From an uncultured Granulosicoccaceae bacterium (lineage in GTDB: Bacteria > Pseudomonadota > Gammaproteobacteria > Granulosicoccales > Granulosicoccaceae): a stretch of 64,000 nucleotides of DNA. The position numbers were made by a program, and so were the translations under genes. The stretch is taken from positions 9,219 to 73,218 of the forward strand of contig CALDTX010000070.1 in the NCBI GenBank assembly GCA_937923565.1. Direction: 5' to 3'. The notes under the pieces were generated by a model. That model worked only from the letters and a program-made list of their open reading frames with translations, was not told where the DNA came from and made no database searches. This document shows, one piece after another, positions 11,280 through 21,243 of this stretch. Position 1 is the stretch's first letter. The number at the start of each line of letters is the position of its first letter.

Positions 11280-13940
11280 ATGTCCACTATTCACCTGAAC
11301 AAACTACTCGACCCTCAATCCATTGTGGTGGTTGGCGCTAGCGACAGAGAAGGCTCGCCGGGTCGGGCAGTTTGCGCCAACATTATCAATGGCAACTACA
11401 CAGGCGAACTGTTCTTTGTAAACCCACGCTATAAAACAGTGCTGGATCAACCCTGTTTTAAGTCTTTGTCGAAGTTAGATAAAGCCTGCGACATTGCGCT
11501 TATTCTGGTGCCTGAAAAAATCATTAAACGCACCTTGGTTCAGGTTGCACGCGCTGGCATTAAAGTAGCAATTGTGATGTCGGCTGTCAGAAACCACATC
11601 GAAATTCATCAACTGGCACAGCGTTTATCACTGAGGTTACTGGGTCCTTATTGCGCAGGCATTATTCGGCCGCACCTAAAACTCAATGCAAGCTTTGCAC
11701 AAAATAAAATTAAACAAGGCTCATTGGCTATCGTTACCCAATCGGCATCATTGGGTGCTGCCATCGTCGACTGGGCTCAACCCAGCTCTGTAGGTTTTTC
11801 CACACTAGTTTCAACTGGTAGCGACACCGACATATCATTATCGGATGTGCTCGATCTATTAGCTGAGGATTACCACACGCGCGGCATCATTATTTACCTC
11901 GATCGCATACATCACACTCGCTCTTTTTTAAGCGCCGTCAGTGCTGCCGCCCGAATTAAGCCTGTGGTTTTAATGAAATCCACACAAGACACCGCGCGAT
12001 ACTGCGACGCACTAACACGCAGCGGACACATTTATTCCACCGAAACCGTTATGCAAGCTGCTATGCGACGCACAGGTGTTGTACGAGTGCGCACGTTCAG
12101 TAACTTGTTTTCTGCGGCGAAAATTTTAACCTCTGCACAACGCATTAAAGGTAATCGCTTAGCCATTGTTAGTAATGGTGCAGCACCTGCTATGTTGGCT
12201 TGTGAACGCATTGCGACCAAACGTTTTTCGCTACCGGCATTATCCAAAGACACAACAAAAACGCTGCACACACAATTACGCTCTTATTGGAGTGGTACAA
12301 ACCCAGTCGTGCTTAGGCACCCAGAACAACTGGCAGAGCAATACACCAACGCGATAAGAACACTGGTAGACAGCAAAGACTACGATGCCATTTTAGTTAT
12401 TTTTGTGCCCGATGCCCGCAACGAACCGTTGCAAGTTGCTGATGCCATTATCGCTTGTGCCAACAGCGCAACACCATTACTGAGTTGCTTTATGGGTGAA
12501 AGCAGCGTTGCGCCAAGTCGTGAACGTTTTGCCGAAAATAAGCTGCCTTGTTTTCGCACGCCAGAAGCGGCTACCGATGCCGCGGACTTTCTATACCGCT
12601 ATTTGCAAAGTCAACAACAACTGGTGCAGCTGCCTAATCCAACATCGCGCTATACACGCGCCGATATTGAGGGCGCACGAAAAATCATCGATACAGCACT
12701 CGCCGACAATGAAAGAGTGCTGGGCCCACAAAAAACACGTGCTCTGCTTAAGCTGTTCGATATTAACGTGTTACCGGCCATACGGGCTACAAACCTTAAC
12801 GATGCAACAGAGGCAGCGGCCGACATCGGCTACCCGGTAGCGTTAAAGTTGGTATCGCCTAACATCACATATAAAGCCGCTGTTGAAGGCATACAACTGA
12901 ACATCAACGATGAGCCGCAGCTTACAAAAGCTTACAACCACATTGTTGATAATGCCAGCACCCTGCGTCCAGATGCGCACTTTCGAGGCGTGCTCATTGA
13001 GGCAATGCACCCACAAGCCAACGAACGGAGTTTGGCCGTTAGCATTACACGCGATGCCACCTTCGGCCCGGTTATATCGGTAAGCATTGGTGGTGAACTT
13101 GCTGCTATTTTGCAAACACGTTCAATGCAACTACCACCGTTGAATCAATATCTAATTGACGACCTATTCTCATCACCGGAACTCGATTCCTACTTTGGCG
13201 ACTACCGACACAAAAAGCCGGTCAGTAAAAAACAAGCCGCTCATGTGCTGCGAAGAATTTCTGAAATAGCGTGTGAATTACCGGAAGTGTTTTCCTTACA
13301 CATAAACCCATTGCAAGTGAGCGATAAAAAGGCCGTTGCCATGGATGTGCAATTAGTGTTGGAAAAAAACGATTGCTCCAAACGCTACGATCATCTGGCT
13401 ATTCACCCCTACCCTTGGCAATGGTTAAGGCAAATTGAACTCAAATACGGCAAGCTTGTCCAACTCAGACCCATCAGACCAGAAGACGGTGAGTCTATAA
13501 AGTCGATGGTTAAAAACATGTCGGCAGAGTCGCGTTACTTTCGTTTTATGCATGCCATCAATGAGCTGTCTCCGCAAATGGTCGCCCAGTTTACAAAGCT
13601 CGATTACGATCGCCAAATGGCTTTCGTGGCGGTATCAGATAATGGCAGTGGGCAAGTCGTTGGCGTAAGTCGATATGCCATGAGCACCGACAAACAAAGC
13701 GGGGAGTTCGCTGTATCGATTGCCAACGATTGGCAAGGGCTGGGTTTAGCGACAAAACTTATGGCGCTAATCATTGAACATGCTCGCTACCAAGGAATTA
13801 AAGAATTGGTCGGTGATGTGCTTATGTCTAATACCGGTATGCGAGCTTTGATGAAAAGCATGGGATTCACCTCTGCTGTGAGTAAAGAAAACCGAGAAGT
13901 GTTAGTGTTTACGTTATCACTGACCTCTACCTCTGAATAA
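11280..13940 (+). CDS. pat: Protein lysine acetyltransferase Pat/PatZ-type (acyl-CoA synthetase-like domains + C-terminal GNAT)
   Basis: VVVGAS CoA-binding fold, ATP-grasp-like region (GYPVALK), HLAIHPYP linker and GNAT (WQGLGLA). The synthetase SHTG His motif is absent. Confidence 0.88.
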   Translation: MSTIHLNKLLDPQSIVVVGASDREGSPGRAVCANIINGNYTGELFFVNPRYKTVLDQPCFKSLSKLDKACDIALILVPEKIIKRTLVQVARAGIKVAIVMSAVRNHIEIHQLAQRLSLRLLGPYCAGIIRPHLKLNASFAQNKIKQGSLAIVTQSASLGAAIVDWAQPSSVGFSTLVSTGSDTDISLSDVLDLLAEDYHTRGIIIYLDRIHHTRSFLSAVSAAARIKPVVLMKSTQDTARYCDALTRSGHIYSTETVMQAAMRRTGVVRVRTFSNLFSAAKILTSAQRIKGNRLAIVSNGAAPAMLACERIATKRFSLPALSKDTTKTLHTQLRSYWSGTNPVVLRHPEQLAEQYTNAIRTLVDSKDYDAILVIFVPDARNEPLQVADAIIACANSATPLLSCFMGESSVAPSRERFAENKLPCFRTPEAATDAADFLYRYLQSQQQLVQLPNPTSRYTRADIEGARKIIDTALADNERVLGPQKTRALLKLFDINVLPAIRATNLNDATEAAADIGYPVALKLVSPNITYKAAVEGIQLNINDEPQLTKAYNHIVDNASTLRPDAHFRGVLIEAMHPQANERSLAVSITRDATFGPVISVSIGGELAAILQTRSMQLPPLNQYLIDDLFSSPELDSYFGDYRHKKPVSKKQAAHVLRRISEIACELPEVFSLHINPLQVSDKKAVAMDVQLVLEKNDCSKRYDHLAIHPYPWQWLRQIELKYGKLVQLRPIRPEDGESIKSMVKNMSAESRYFRFMHAINELSPQMVAQFTKLDYDRQMAFVAVSDNGSGQVVGVSRYAMSTDKQSGEFAVSIANDWQGLGLATKLMALIIEHARYQGIKELVGDVLMSNTGMRALMKSMGFTSAVSKENREVLVFTLSLTSTSE

Positions 13941-13973
13941 CACCGCAAAACCCGTCAGCTACAGAAATTTGTT

Positions 13974-14858
13974 ATGAATGAACGAATAGTACCCCGCCCG
14001 GAAGCGATTGAACTCAATGTTGACGGTCTCACCCTTGCTGGTATTCGGCATCGATCACCCGGCGCTGACGCACCGGTTAGGCTTTTGTGTTTGCACGGTT
14101 GGCTCGATAACGCCAACAGCTTTTTACCGTTAATGCCATTTCTACCCAATGTAGATTTAGTAGCAATCGACTTACCTGGACACGGCTTTTCTGGTCATCT
14201 GGATGCCTGCTATGCCTTACCCGAACTAACCTACTGGGCCTGTGCTGCCATGAAGGCGTTAGGTTGGGAGAACTGTCATTTAGCCGGCCATTCGCTTGGG
14301 GGCATCATTGCACCACTGGTGGCTGTGGCCATGCCGGAAAAAATTAGCAGCCTGTTATTAATTGAAGCCGCAGGCGCGATTACTAGCGAAGCCGACGATT
14401 TTTCAAAACGCCTCGGTGCATCCATTGCTGAACGGCTCAACGAGAAAAAGTTTGCCTCGCGTATTTATGCCTCCAAAGATGAAGCCGTAAGCGCCAGGCT
14501 GTCCAGCACAAGAATGGCGCTCAGTTCAGCGCAATTAATTATCGACCGACAAATTCGCCAAACCGAAGACGGTTGGGTTTGGCGCTTTGATCGCAAGCTA
14601 CGTATAACCACAGCACACCGGCTAACCGAGGAACATGTGCAGAACGTTAATAGGCACGTAGATTGCCCCATAATCTCGATCGTGGCAAAACAAGGATTCC
14701 TTGTTGGGCGGAAAAACACCGATGCCCGCATGTCGCTACTTAAAGAGCATCAAATAGTTTCGCTGACCGGACACCACCATTTGCACATGGATACGCCAGA
14801 ACCCGTTGCCGCCGCTATCAATCAATTTCTCGACACACAACCGGATATGGGTGGTTAA
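13974..14858 (+). CDS. Alpha/beta hydrolase
   Basis: LHGWLDNA, DLPGHG, GHSLG nucleophile elbow and GHHHLH. Confidence 0.92.
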   Translation: MNERIVPRPEAIELNVDGLTLAGIRHRSPGADAPVRLLCLHGWLDNANSFLPLMPFLPNVDLVAIDLPGHGFSGHLDACYALPELTYWACAAMKALGWENCHLAGHSLGGIIAPLVAVAMPEKISSLLLIEAAGAITSEADDFSKRLGASIAERLNEKKFASRIYASKDEAVSARLSSTRMALSSAQLIIDRQIRQTEDGWVWRFDRKLRITTAHRLTEEHVQNVNRHVDCPIISIVAKQGFLVGRKNTDARMSLLKEHQIVSLTGHHHLHMDTPEPVAAAINQFLDTQPDMGG

Positions 14859-14927
14859 CTGCCTATTGGCCGGAATTAACTGGCACATACGGTTAAAACC
14901 TGAGCCTATAAAGGTTACAATCATTCG

Positions 14928-17900
14928 GTGAACATCCCTCCCCGCGTAATCAGTTTCGACGATGTCATTGAACTTTGCGGTTCAGTGGCCACTTCACGCG
15001 GCCGCGTTTACAAAACCAATGGCGCGGTTAAAGAACTCGACTGGGTAGCAGACGGTAATGTGCTTTATGCCAGTGTTCAGGGCACCGTCTCTGAGCCTTA
15101 TCAGCAGCGCATACTCATCGCCGCACACAGGCTCGATGGCGAATGCTCCTGCCCGGTTCATTACAATTGCAAACACGTTGCTGCAGCGCTTTTAAGCTGG
15201 ATAGATCAACAAGCCACCAAACCCGGTGCCGACGATCAAGCCCTTCGCGCCGTTAACCGTTGGTTACAAAAGCTGGTAGAACAGGGAAAAGGCGTTTCAG
15301 CACGTCACGAACACCATGAGCCCGGTGAGCCGTTACTGTTTTATCAGATCGACAGTAACGCGTTGTCGCAACACAAAACCGGCATAACACTCGAAATACT
15401 ACAAACCCGTCTGCTCAAGCGCGGTGGGTTTGGTAAAGAAACACCGTACCGCTACCACGGGCATTACCATCACCCGGAATGGGTGTTAGCCAGCGATCGC
15501 ACCATTTTAGAATTGGCCGTTGGCAGACACACCGACTTTACCTATCGAACACTAACCATTGCGGGCGATATTGGCCATTTGCTAATGAACAAGCTATTGG
15601 CAACGGGTCGCTGTTATTGGGGTCCCGACAGAGAACGCAGTTTGGATCTTGGCGACACCAAGTCGTTAGATTTCGATTGGAGCAATAACGAATCCGACAA
15701 CATGTCGTTAAGCGTCACGCTACCTGAGTCTGACCATTGGCAACTGATACCCACCGACCCGCCTTGGTATGTAGACACCGAAAAAATGTTGGCTGGCCCG
15801 TTACACGATGTGCCACCCACCGTTGTGCTGGGCAGTTTAATAGAAGCGCCTGAACTACCGGCCGCGCACGCACAAGCAGTAAGCAACTACTTAGCCTCGC
15901 GACTACCCGATGCCTCCCTGCCCTTGCCAGTTGAGCCGAACTTTGTTCGCGTGCAAGTAAGCCCGGAACCCTTATTGGTTTTGCAGTCAAGAGAAGACAG
16001 CGCTGATATCAAAGATTATTACGCCTCGATCCGCTTTCGTTACGGCGAGTACCTTTTACCGTTCGGTGGTATGGAGGCTGATGCCACGTTGGAGGGTAAA
16101 ACCGCCGACGGCAATCCGTTAATGCTAATGCGCGATCTGGTTGCTGAAAACCGCTTTGCTGTTGAGTTCGGTAAACGTTTTACCGAATTTGAATCTGCCA
16201 TGCAGTCAGACCCAACCTTCTTTTCCCGGGCCGATCGTAAACCGCGCTCCAGAGATATCCAAACTATTGCCAGAACCTGGCACGACCTCCTTGCTGAAAA
16301 AGCTGCATTGCAGGCAGAGGGATGGAAAGTACAAACGCGCGAGCCGTTTAATCTGGACTTCAAACCCATTACCACCATCGAAGCCACACTAAGCGACAGC
16401 ACATCCAGTTGGTTCGACATGGCCTTAAAACTAACCCACGAACAACAAACGTTTAACTTGTTGCCGTTGGTAGTTGAGTGGCTGCAGTCAGATTCGCGTG
16501 AACAATCTATCTTGTTACAAGCCGAAAGTGGCCAATGGTTAGAGGTTGCGCCCGAGGTATTTGCACCGGTTGCAGAAACCTTGCAAGAACTGTTCGACGA
16601 CCCCACCGAAAGCGAAAACCTTCGTGTGCCTCGTCAGCGTGTTAGCTCACTTGAAAACTTAGAAAAGCGTTGGCAAAAAGACGGCGTCGATGTGGCTTGG
16701 CGCGGCACTAAAGATCTCTTTGCCTTGGGTGAAAAACTGCGCGCCTTTGAAGGTATCGAAAAACCTGAAATGCCGAGTAATTTAAATGCTCGCCTACGCC
16801 CGTACCAATTAGACGGTGCCGCATGGCTTGGTTTTATGGGGCAATTTGGTTTTAACGGCATACTTGCTGACGACATGGGCTTAGGCAAAACGCTGCAAAC
16901 GCTTGCCCACCTGCTGCATGAGCGCACGATAGGCCGTTTAGAAACACCCACACTCATTGTTGCGCCAACCAGTTTGTTGGGCAACTGGGCACGAGAAGCA
17001 AATCGATTCACACCATCGCTAACTACGCACATTTGGCATGGCAGTGATCGCAAAGCGATAAAATCAGATTTAACCGATGTTGATATCGTGATTACCAGCT
17101 ATGCCTTGGTGACGCGCGATATCGATATGCTCCGAGAGCAAGGCTTTGGGTTTATCGTGCTCGATGAATCGCAAGCCATTAAAAACCCCGGCGCAAAAGT
17201 CACCCAAGCGCTTAAAACGCTCGATATTAAACGCAGGCTTTGCTTAACCGGCACGCCGCTGGAAAATCACTTAGGTGAACTTTGGTCGCAGTTCGATTTC
17301 TTAATGCCAGGCTTTCTTGGCACAAGAAAACACTTTAACCGCTACTTCAGAACACCCATTGAAACGCACGGCAGCATTGAGCGGCAAACCCGCTTGGCAG
17401 AACTGATTCGGCCATTTTTGCTGCGTCGTCGTAAAGAACAAGTGGCATCAGAGCTACCGCCAAAAACCGAAATTATTCGCGAAGTCACATTGGAAGGCGC
17501 ACAAGCACGGCTGTACGAGAGCATTCGTGTCACGATGGAACACCGCGTACGTCAGCTGCTTGCCGAAAGAGGCTTGGCTCGTAGCCATATAGAAATGCTG
17601 GATGCTTTACTGAAGCTGCGGCAAACGTGTTGCCACCCTAAGCTTGTAAAACTCGATACCGCCAGAGGCATTGTAGAGTCGGCCAAAACCGAACTGCTGT
17701 TGTCGATGCTACAAGAGCTCATTGCCGAAGGTAAAAAGATTCTACTGTTTTCTCAATTTACAGAGATGCTCGGCTTAATTGAAGTGGAGCTTAACCAAGC
17801 CAATATTCCTTATGTAAAACTAACCGGCAGAACGCGCAAGCGCGATGAGGTAATAGACTCATTCCAACACGGTGATGTGCCGTTATTTTTGATTAGCCTG

Positions 17901-18212
17901 AAAGCTGGTGGCACCGGCTTAAACCTCACCGCTGCCGACACGGTTATTCACTATGATCCGTGGTGGAACCCGGCAGTGGAAAACCAAGCAAGCGATCGTG
18001 CACACCGCATTGGTCAAACCAACCCAGTGTTTATTTACAAGTTGGTTGCCAGCAATACCGTAGAAGAAAAAATACTGACCATGCAGCAACACAAACAATT
18101 GCTGGCAGATCAAACGCTGGAACAAGGTGAGAAAACAGCGTTGAACAATCTAACCGCTGATGAGATTCTGGATTTATTTCAACCCGACGTTAGCGAACAA
18201 TCGGTCGCATAA
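14928..18212 (+). CDS. SWIM zinc-finger SNF2-family helicase/ATPase
   Basis: CSCPVHYNCKH (SWIM), LRPYQ, ILADDMGLGKT, LDESQAIKN, LISLKAGGTGLNL and DPWWNPAVENQASDRAHRIGQ. Confidence 0.95.
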   Translation: MNIPPRVISFDDVIELCGSVATSRGRVYKTNGAVKELDWVADGNVLYASVQGTVSEPYQQRILIAAHRLDGECSCPVHYNCKHVAAALLSWIDQQATKPGADDQALRAVNRWLQKLVEQGKGVSARHEHHEPGEPLLFYQIDSNALSQHKTGITLEILQTRLLKRGGFGKETPYRYHGHYHHPEWVLASDRTILELAVGRHTDFTYRTLTIAGDIGHLLMNKLLATGRCYWGPDRERSLDLGDTKSLDFDWSNNESDNMSLSVTLPESDHWQLIPTDPPWYVDTEKMLAGPLHDVPPTVVLGSLIEAPELPAAHAQAVSNYLASRLPDASLPLPVEPNFVRVQVSPEPLLVLQSREDSADIKDYYASIRFRYGEYLLPFGGMEADATLEGKTADGNPLMLMRDLVAENRFAVEFGKRFTEFESAMQSDPTFFSRADRKPRSRDIQTIARTWHDLLAEKAALQAEGWKVQTREPFNLDFKPITTIEATLSDSTSSWFDMALKLTHEQQTFNLLPLVVEWLQSDSREQSILLQAESGQWLEVAPEVFAPVAETLQELFDDPTESENLRVPRQRVSSLENLEKRWQKDGVDVAWRGTKDLFALGEKLRAFEGIEKPEMPSNLNARLRPYQLDGAAWLGFMGQFGFNGILADDMGLGKTLQTLAHLLHERTIGRLETPTLIVAPTSLLGNWAREANRFTPSLTTHIWHGSDRKAIKSDLTDVDIVITSYALVTRDIDMLREQGFGFIVLDESQAIKNPGAKVTQALKTLDIKRRLCLTGTPLENHLGELWSQFDFLMPGFLGTRKHFNRYFRTPIETHGSIERQTRLAELIRPFLLRRRKEQVASELPPKTEIIREVTLEGAQARLYESIRVTMEHRVRQLLAERGLARSHIEMLDALLKLRQTCCHPKLVKLDTARGIVESAKTELLLSMLQELIAEGKKILLFSQFTEMLGLIEVELNQANIPYVKLTGRTRKRDEVIDSFQHGDVPLFLISLKAGGTGLNLTAADTVIHYDPWWNPAVENQASDRAHRIGQTNPVFIYKLVASNTVEEKILTMQQHKQLLADQTLEQGEKTALNNLTADEILDLFQPDVSEQSVA

Positions 18213-18280
18213 CGCGCTAAAAAAGAACGCTACAGCGCAAGCCCACCGGTAACGTAAAGACTTAACTATAACGTAGAGCC

Positions 18281-19504
18281 TTAAATATCAGGCAAAGGCT
18301 CTAAGTTTACGTTCCCCATAACCACTGGGAAGCGCCAAGTTTGATCGGTATCCACATTAACACGAGCCGGATGAAACCAACCCCATTTAACATCGCGTGC
18401 ATCGCCATCGTTATCGTCGTTTAACTGCACTTCAAATCCGAACACTTCGCTAATGGGCACCTGTGCTTCTTCTAACTCTATTCGCACTTCCCATGTATAG
18501 CGATCGCCCAAACAAACGCAGGTGGCAAAATCTATTTTAGACAGATCGAACGGTGCGGAACGATCACCTAACTCAACGATAGCATCAGCATTCGCGCTGT
18601 TATTGGCCCTTCTGGTCGCGCCATCGGTCATCAAAGGAATAATGATATGAATGTCGTCAACACCGTCGTAGCTTAATAGTTTGCTGTTATTGCCATCAAA
18701 AAAGATTTCCAGCGAATCATCATTAAAGCTATTTTCAGAATCTTTGTGAGGCGTTTGATATTGTCCGGCTTCGCCGAACACAAACAAATAAAGGTATTTT
18801 TCGTCGTGCATCGCGGCCCATTGATACAACGGCTCTTCATTGGCTTGGGCAGCGCCCTGGTCAATCATTAAATGATTGATGTACAAGCGACGGCCATCCT
18901 TATCGACAAATTGAGCGTTACCCCATTTATTGGCATCGTAAGCACCATCAATGATTGGCGCATTTTGTGGGTCTACCGCTGTAATGAGCACGGTTGAAAA
19001 ACCAGCTGACGGGCTGTTGGCATCATAGGGGTCGGTGTTCTCGCGACGCTCAATCAGGTTGTAGTGAGAATCATTATCGTCATCGATGGCAATGTCGTAG
19101 TCTTCCGAAACTATGGTGAGCGCCAAGTTTTGGTTAACGTTTTCAAAAGCACGTGAATACTTAGCCAAATGCAAGTTGCGCGTACCAATGGCTTCGTACC
19201 AATTAATTTCCAGATTCACACTACTGCTTTCTGGCACATTGGTATTACCAGTCCATTGGCCGTTGTTGTTGCTCATTAACACTGTTCGGTCGTTAAGCCG
19301 AACCGTCACGTTTAAATTTTCAGTAACCACAGCCCGCGTGTTAAACATGGTAGGTGCTGTAATCGTAAAGTTGGTTTCACCCTCTTCGCCTACTTGCACA
19401 ACCGACGGCGAGTCAGTGCAAGCCACCAATGATGCACACAACGCCACTACTACAGCAGGCATGCGAACTATGCGATACATTGAAATTAAAGAGCGCTGAT
19501 TCAT
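18281..19504 (-). CDS. Lipoprotein with C-terminal CBM9-like sugar-binding domain
   Basis: Lipobox LVAC. DDDNDSHYNLIE..TDP acidic Ca-binding-like motif. PIIDG..W, HDEKYLYL, DSLEIFFD and FGFEVQLNDDND are typical of CBM9/DOMON-like folds. ATG at 19504 overlaps the upstream stop. Confidence 0.7.
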   Translation of the reverse strand: MNQRSLISMYRIVRMPAVVVALCASLVACTDSPSVVQVGEEGETNFTITAPTMFNTRAVVTENLNVTVRLNDRTVLMSNNNGQWTGNTNVPESSSVNLEINWYEAIGTRNLHLAKYSRAFENVNQNLALTIVSEDYDIAIDDDNDSHYNLIERRENTDPYDANSPSAGFSTVLITAVDPQNAPIIDGAYDANKWGNAQFVDKDGRRLYINHLMIDQGAAQANEEPLYQWAAMHDEKYLYLFVFGEAGQYQTPHKDSENSFNDDSLEIFFDGNNSKLLSYDGVDDIHIIIPLMTDGATRRANNSANADAIVELGDRSAPFDLSKIDFATCVCLGDRYTWEVRIELEEAQVPISEVFGFEVQLNDDNDGDARDVKWGWFHPARVNVDTDQTWRFPVVMGNVNLEPLPDI

Positions 19505-20199
19505 GGCTGGCCCAACGTAATGCTGATATTGCAGGTGCCATCGACACAATTATTGGCTGGCCTGGATGTGCTATCCGACCCGCCTGCTAATCCGGCTACC
19601 AATCCGACAGCAAGCACACCTAAAACAACGTACAACACTTTTGACACGCCCTTCTTTGGCTCTTCTGCAGTGCTGGCGGTGGTCGTGGTGGGTTCGGGTG
19701 TCGCGGCTAAGGTTGGTTCGGCTTCGGGCACATTGATGTTGCGCACTAAGGGATTGAACGCATAACCACGAACAGTTCGATTACCACTTTTATCACGCGC
19801 CTGAATATAGTACTCAACGTTTTTGGCGCTGTTTGGGTCGGTGGGAACATGCGCAATATACGTTGATGAAAACGACACGCGGCGCATCAAAATACTGCTG
19901 TAGGTTGGGTCGTTGTCGAACCGATAGAACAAGCTGACACTATCGAGCTCATCGTCGTCGACAACGGTTGCGACGAAAGTTTGGCGCACATCAGCATCTA
20001 CTTCGGCAAGAATCTCGTGCTCAATGAGCGGAGGCTCAACGTCGATTAGGGATGTTGGGCTTGCCTGAGCAAAAGCAGATGGCGTCCCCCATACCAGTTG
20101 GACTGCCAAAAACCACAGTGTAAACGCAGACGTGAAAAGCTTTTTGACCAACGCCACAATAGCCCCCCTCGACTGAAATAATGTGGGTAACAAAGACAC
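19501..20199 (-). CDS. Exported hypothetical protein with Ig/FN3-like domain and C-terminal hydrophobic helix
   Basis: Signal peptide (..SAFA), beta-rich domain (VSLFYR, VEYYIQARD), Pro/Thr linker and TM segment VLYVVLGVLAVGLVAGLA. Confidence 0.75.
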   Translation of the reverse strand: MSLLPTLFQSRGAIVALVKKLFTSAFTLWFLAVQLVWGTPSAFAQASPTSLIDVEPPLIEHEILAEVDADVRQTFVATVVDDDELDSVSLFYRFDNDPTYSSILMRRVSFSSTYIAHVPTDPNSAKNVEYYIQARDKSGNRTVRGYAFNPLVRNINVPEAEPTLAATPEPTTTTASTAEEPKKGVSKVLYVVLGVLAVGLVAGLAGGSDSTSRPANNCVDGTCNISITLGQP

Positions 20200-20507
20200 T
20201 CAATTTTGACCAAAAACCGAGCGATCTCCAAGTAAAAAATTCGATCAGGTAATAATACCGGCACAATATTGACGAAGTTGCACAAATAAGCAACATTGCG
20301 GTATTGCTCACACTCAAAATGCCACACAGGTGGACATCAAAATAGCTGCCGCCGAATTAGCCTACTGTACAACACACATGAGGCTGGCGGCGTTTCAACA
20401 CCGAATCATTCAGTAACATTTACGATAGTTTGCGGTGCTTGCGAGCCACATTTTCGGTACACAGCGATGTTACACTCCCAAAAGCTCGATTGGCAGGATA
20501 AAGCAAC

Positions 20508-21116
20508 GTGAACCAGTATAAAAAATACATCCCGATTGTCGCGATAATTCTTGTAGCGCTAGGTGTCAACTTAGACAGATTTGGTATAGATCTGGAGGCC
20601 TTGTCGCGTGGCGACTCCATAAGCCAATCCAGCAATTCTGGCAGCTCATCGTCCTCAAACTCCGGCAACCACGCCAATAACAGCGGTTCTGGCGCTCATC
20701 CAAGCTATAAGCAGTGGTCGGACACCAATCCGGAAATAAACCTGTGGCACGTGTTCGAGGGCGAAATTAACCGAAAAGGGAAGCCAGTGGGCTTTCATTC
20801 CAGACCCGGCGGCAAAGACCCAGCCAACGCAAAAGTAGTGTCAGTACGCGACAAACCCAATAAAGCCGGCGTCTACACGGCAACCATCGCCATTCGCGAT
20901 AACGGTCAATGGAAGGAAAAGTTTTCATCATTTTTCCCGGACTCCATGTCTGAAGATGAGGTTATCGATGCTGTTCTAGCGGCTTATAAAAACAGTAACA
21001 ACCCGAAGAAGCAGCCCTGGCAAGGCCCATCTGGCTTGGGATTCAATATTCAAGGCTATACAACCAACCGCGGCGGCATCAACACGGCCTTCCCGGTATT
21101 TGTGCGCTCCCAATAG
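20508..21116 (+). CDS. Membrane-anchored/exported bacterial EndoU-family ribonuclease
   Basis: N-terminal hydrophobic helix, Ser/Gly/Asn linker, then HVFEGEIN..GFHSRP..KFSSFFP..INTAFP, matching the EndoU His/His/Lys pattern. Confidence 0.8.
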   Translation: MNQYKKYIPIVAIILVALGVNLDRFGIDLEALSRGDSISQSSNSGSSSSSNSGNHANNSGSGAHPSYKQWSDTNPEINLWHVFEGEINRKGKPVGFHSRPGGKDPANAKVVSVRDKPNKAGVYTATIAIRDNGQWKEKFSSFFPDSMSEDEVIDAVLAAYKNSNNPKKQPWQGPSGLGFNIQGYTTNRGGINTAFPVFVRSQ

Positions 21117-21243
21117 CTAAACGCCGCCAAACCTCTCGCATGCATTAGCTATTCGCCACTGTAAACCTCGGGCCCAGCGGCCGGTTTCGGCATAGATGTG
21201 GCTATATCTAGCACTACCTGACTTTTAAAGCGCCAGCAGGACA

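Noticed and set aside
14880-14897. Sigma54 promoter before the SNF2 gene (CTGGCAC)
   Set aside because: There is no GC at the -12 position ten bases after the GG.
14928-18212. Anti-phage defence helicase system
   Set aside because: This is an ordinary SWIM-SNF2 protein among housekeeping genes, with no methylase, nuclease or other defence partner.
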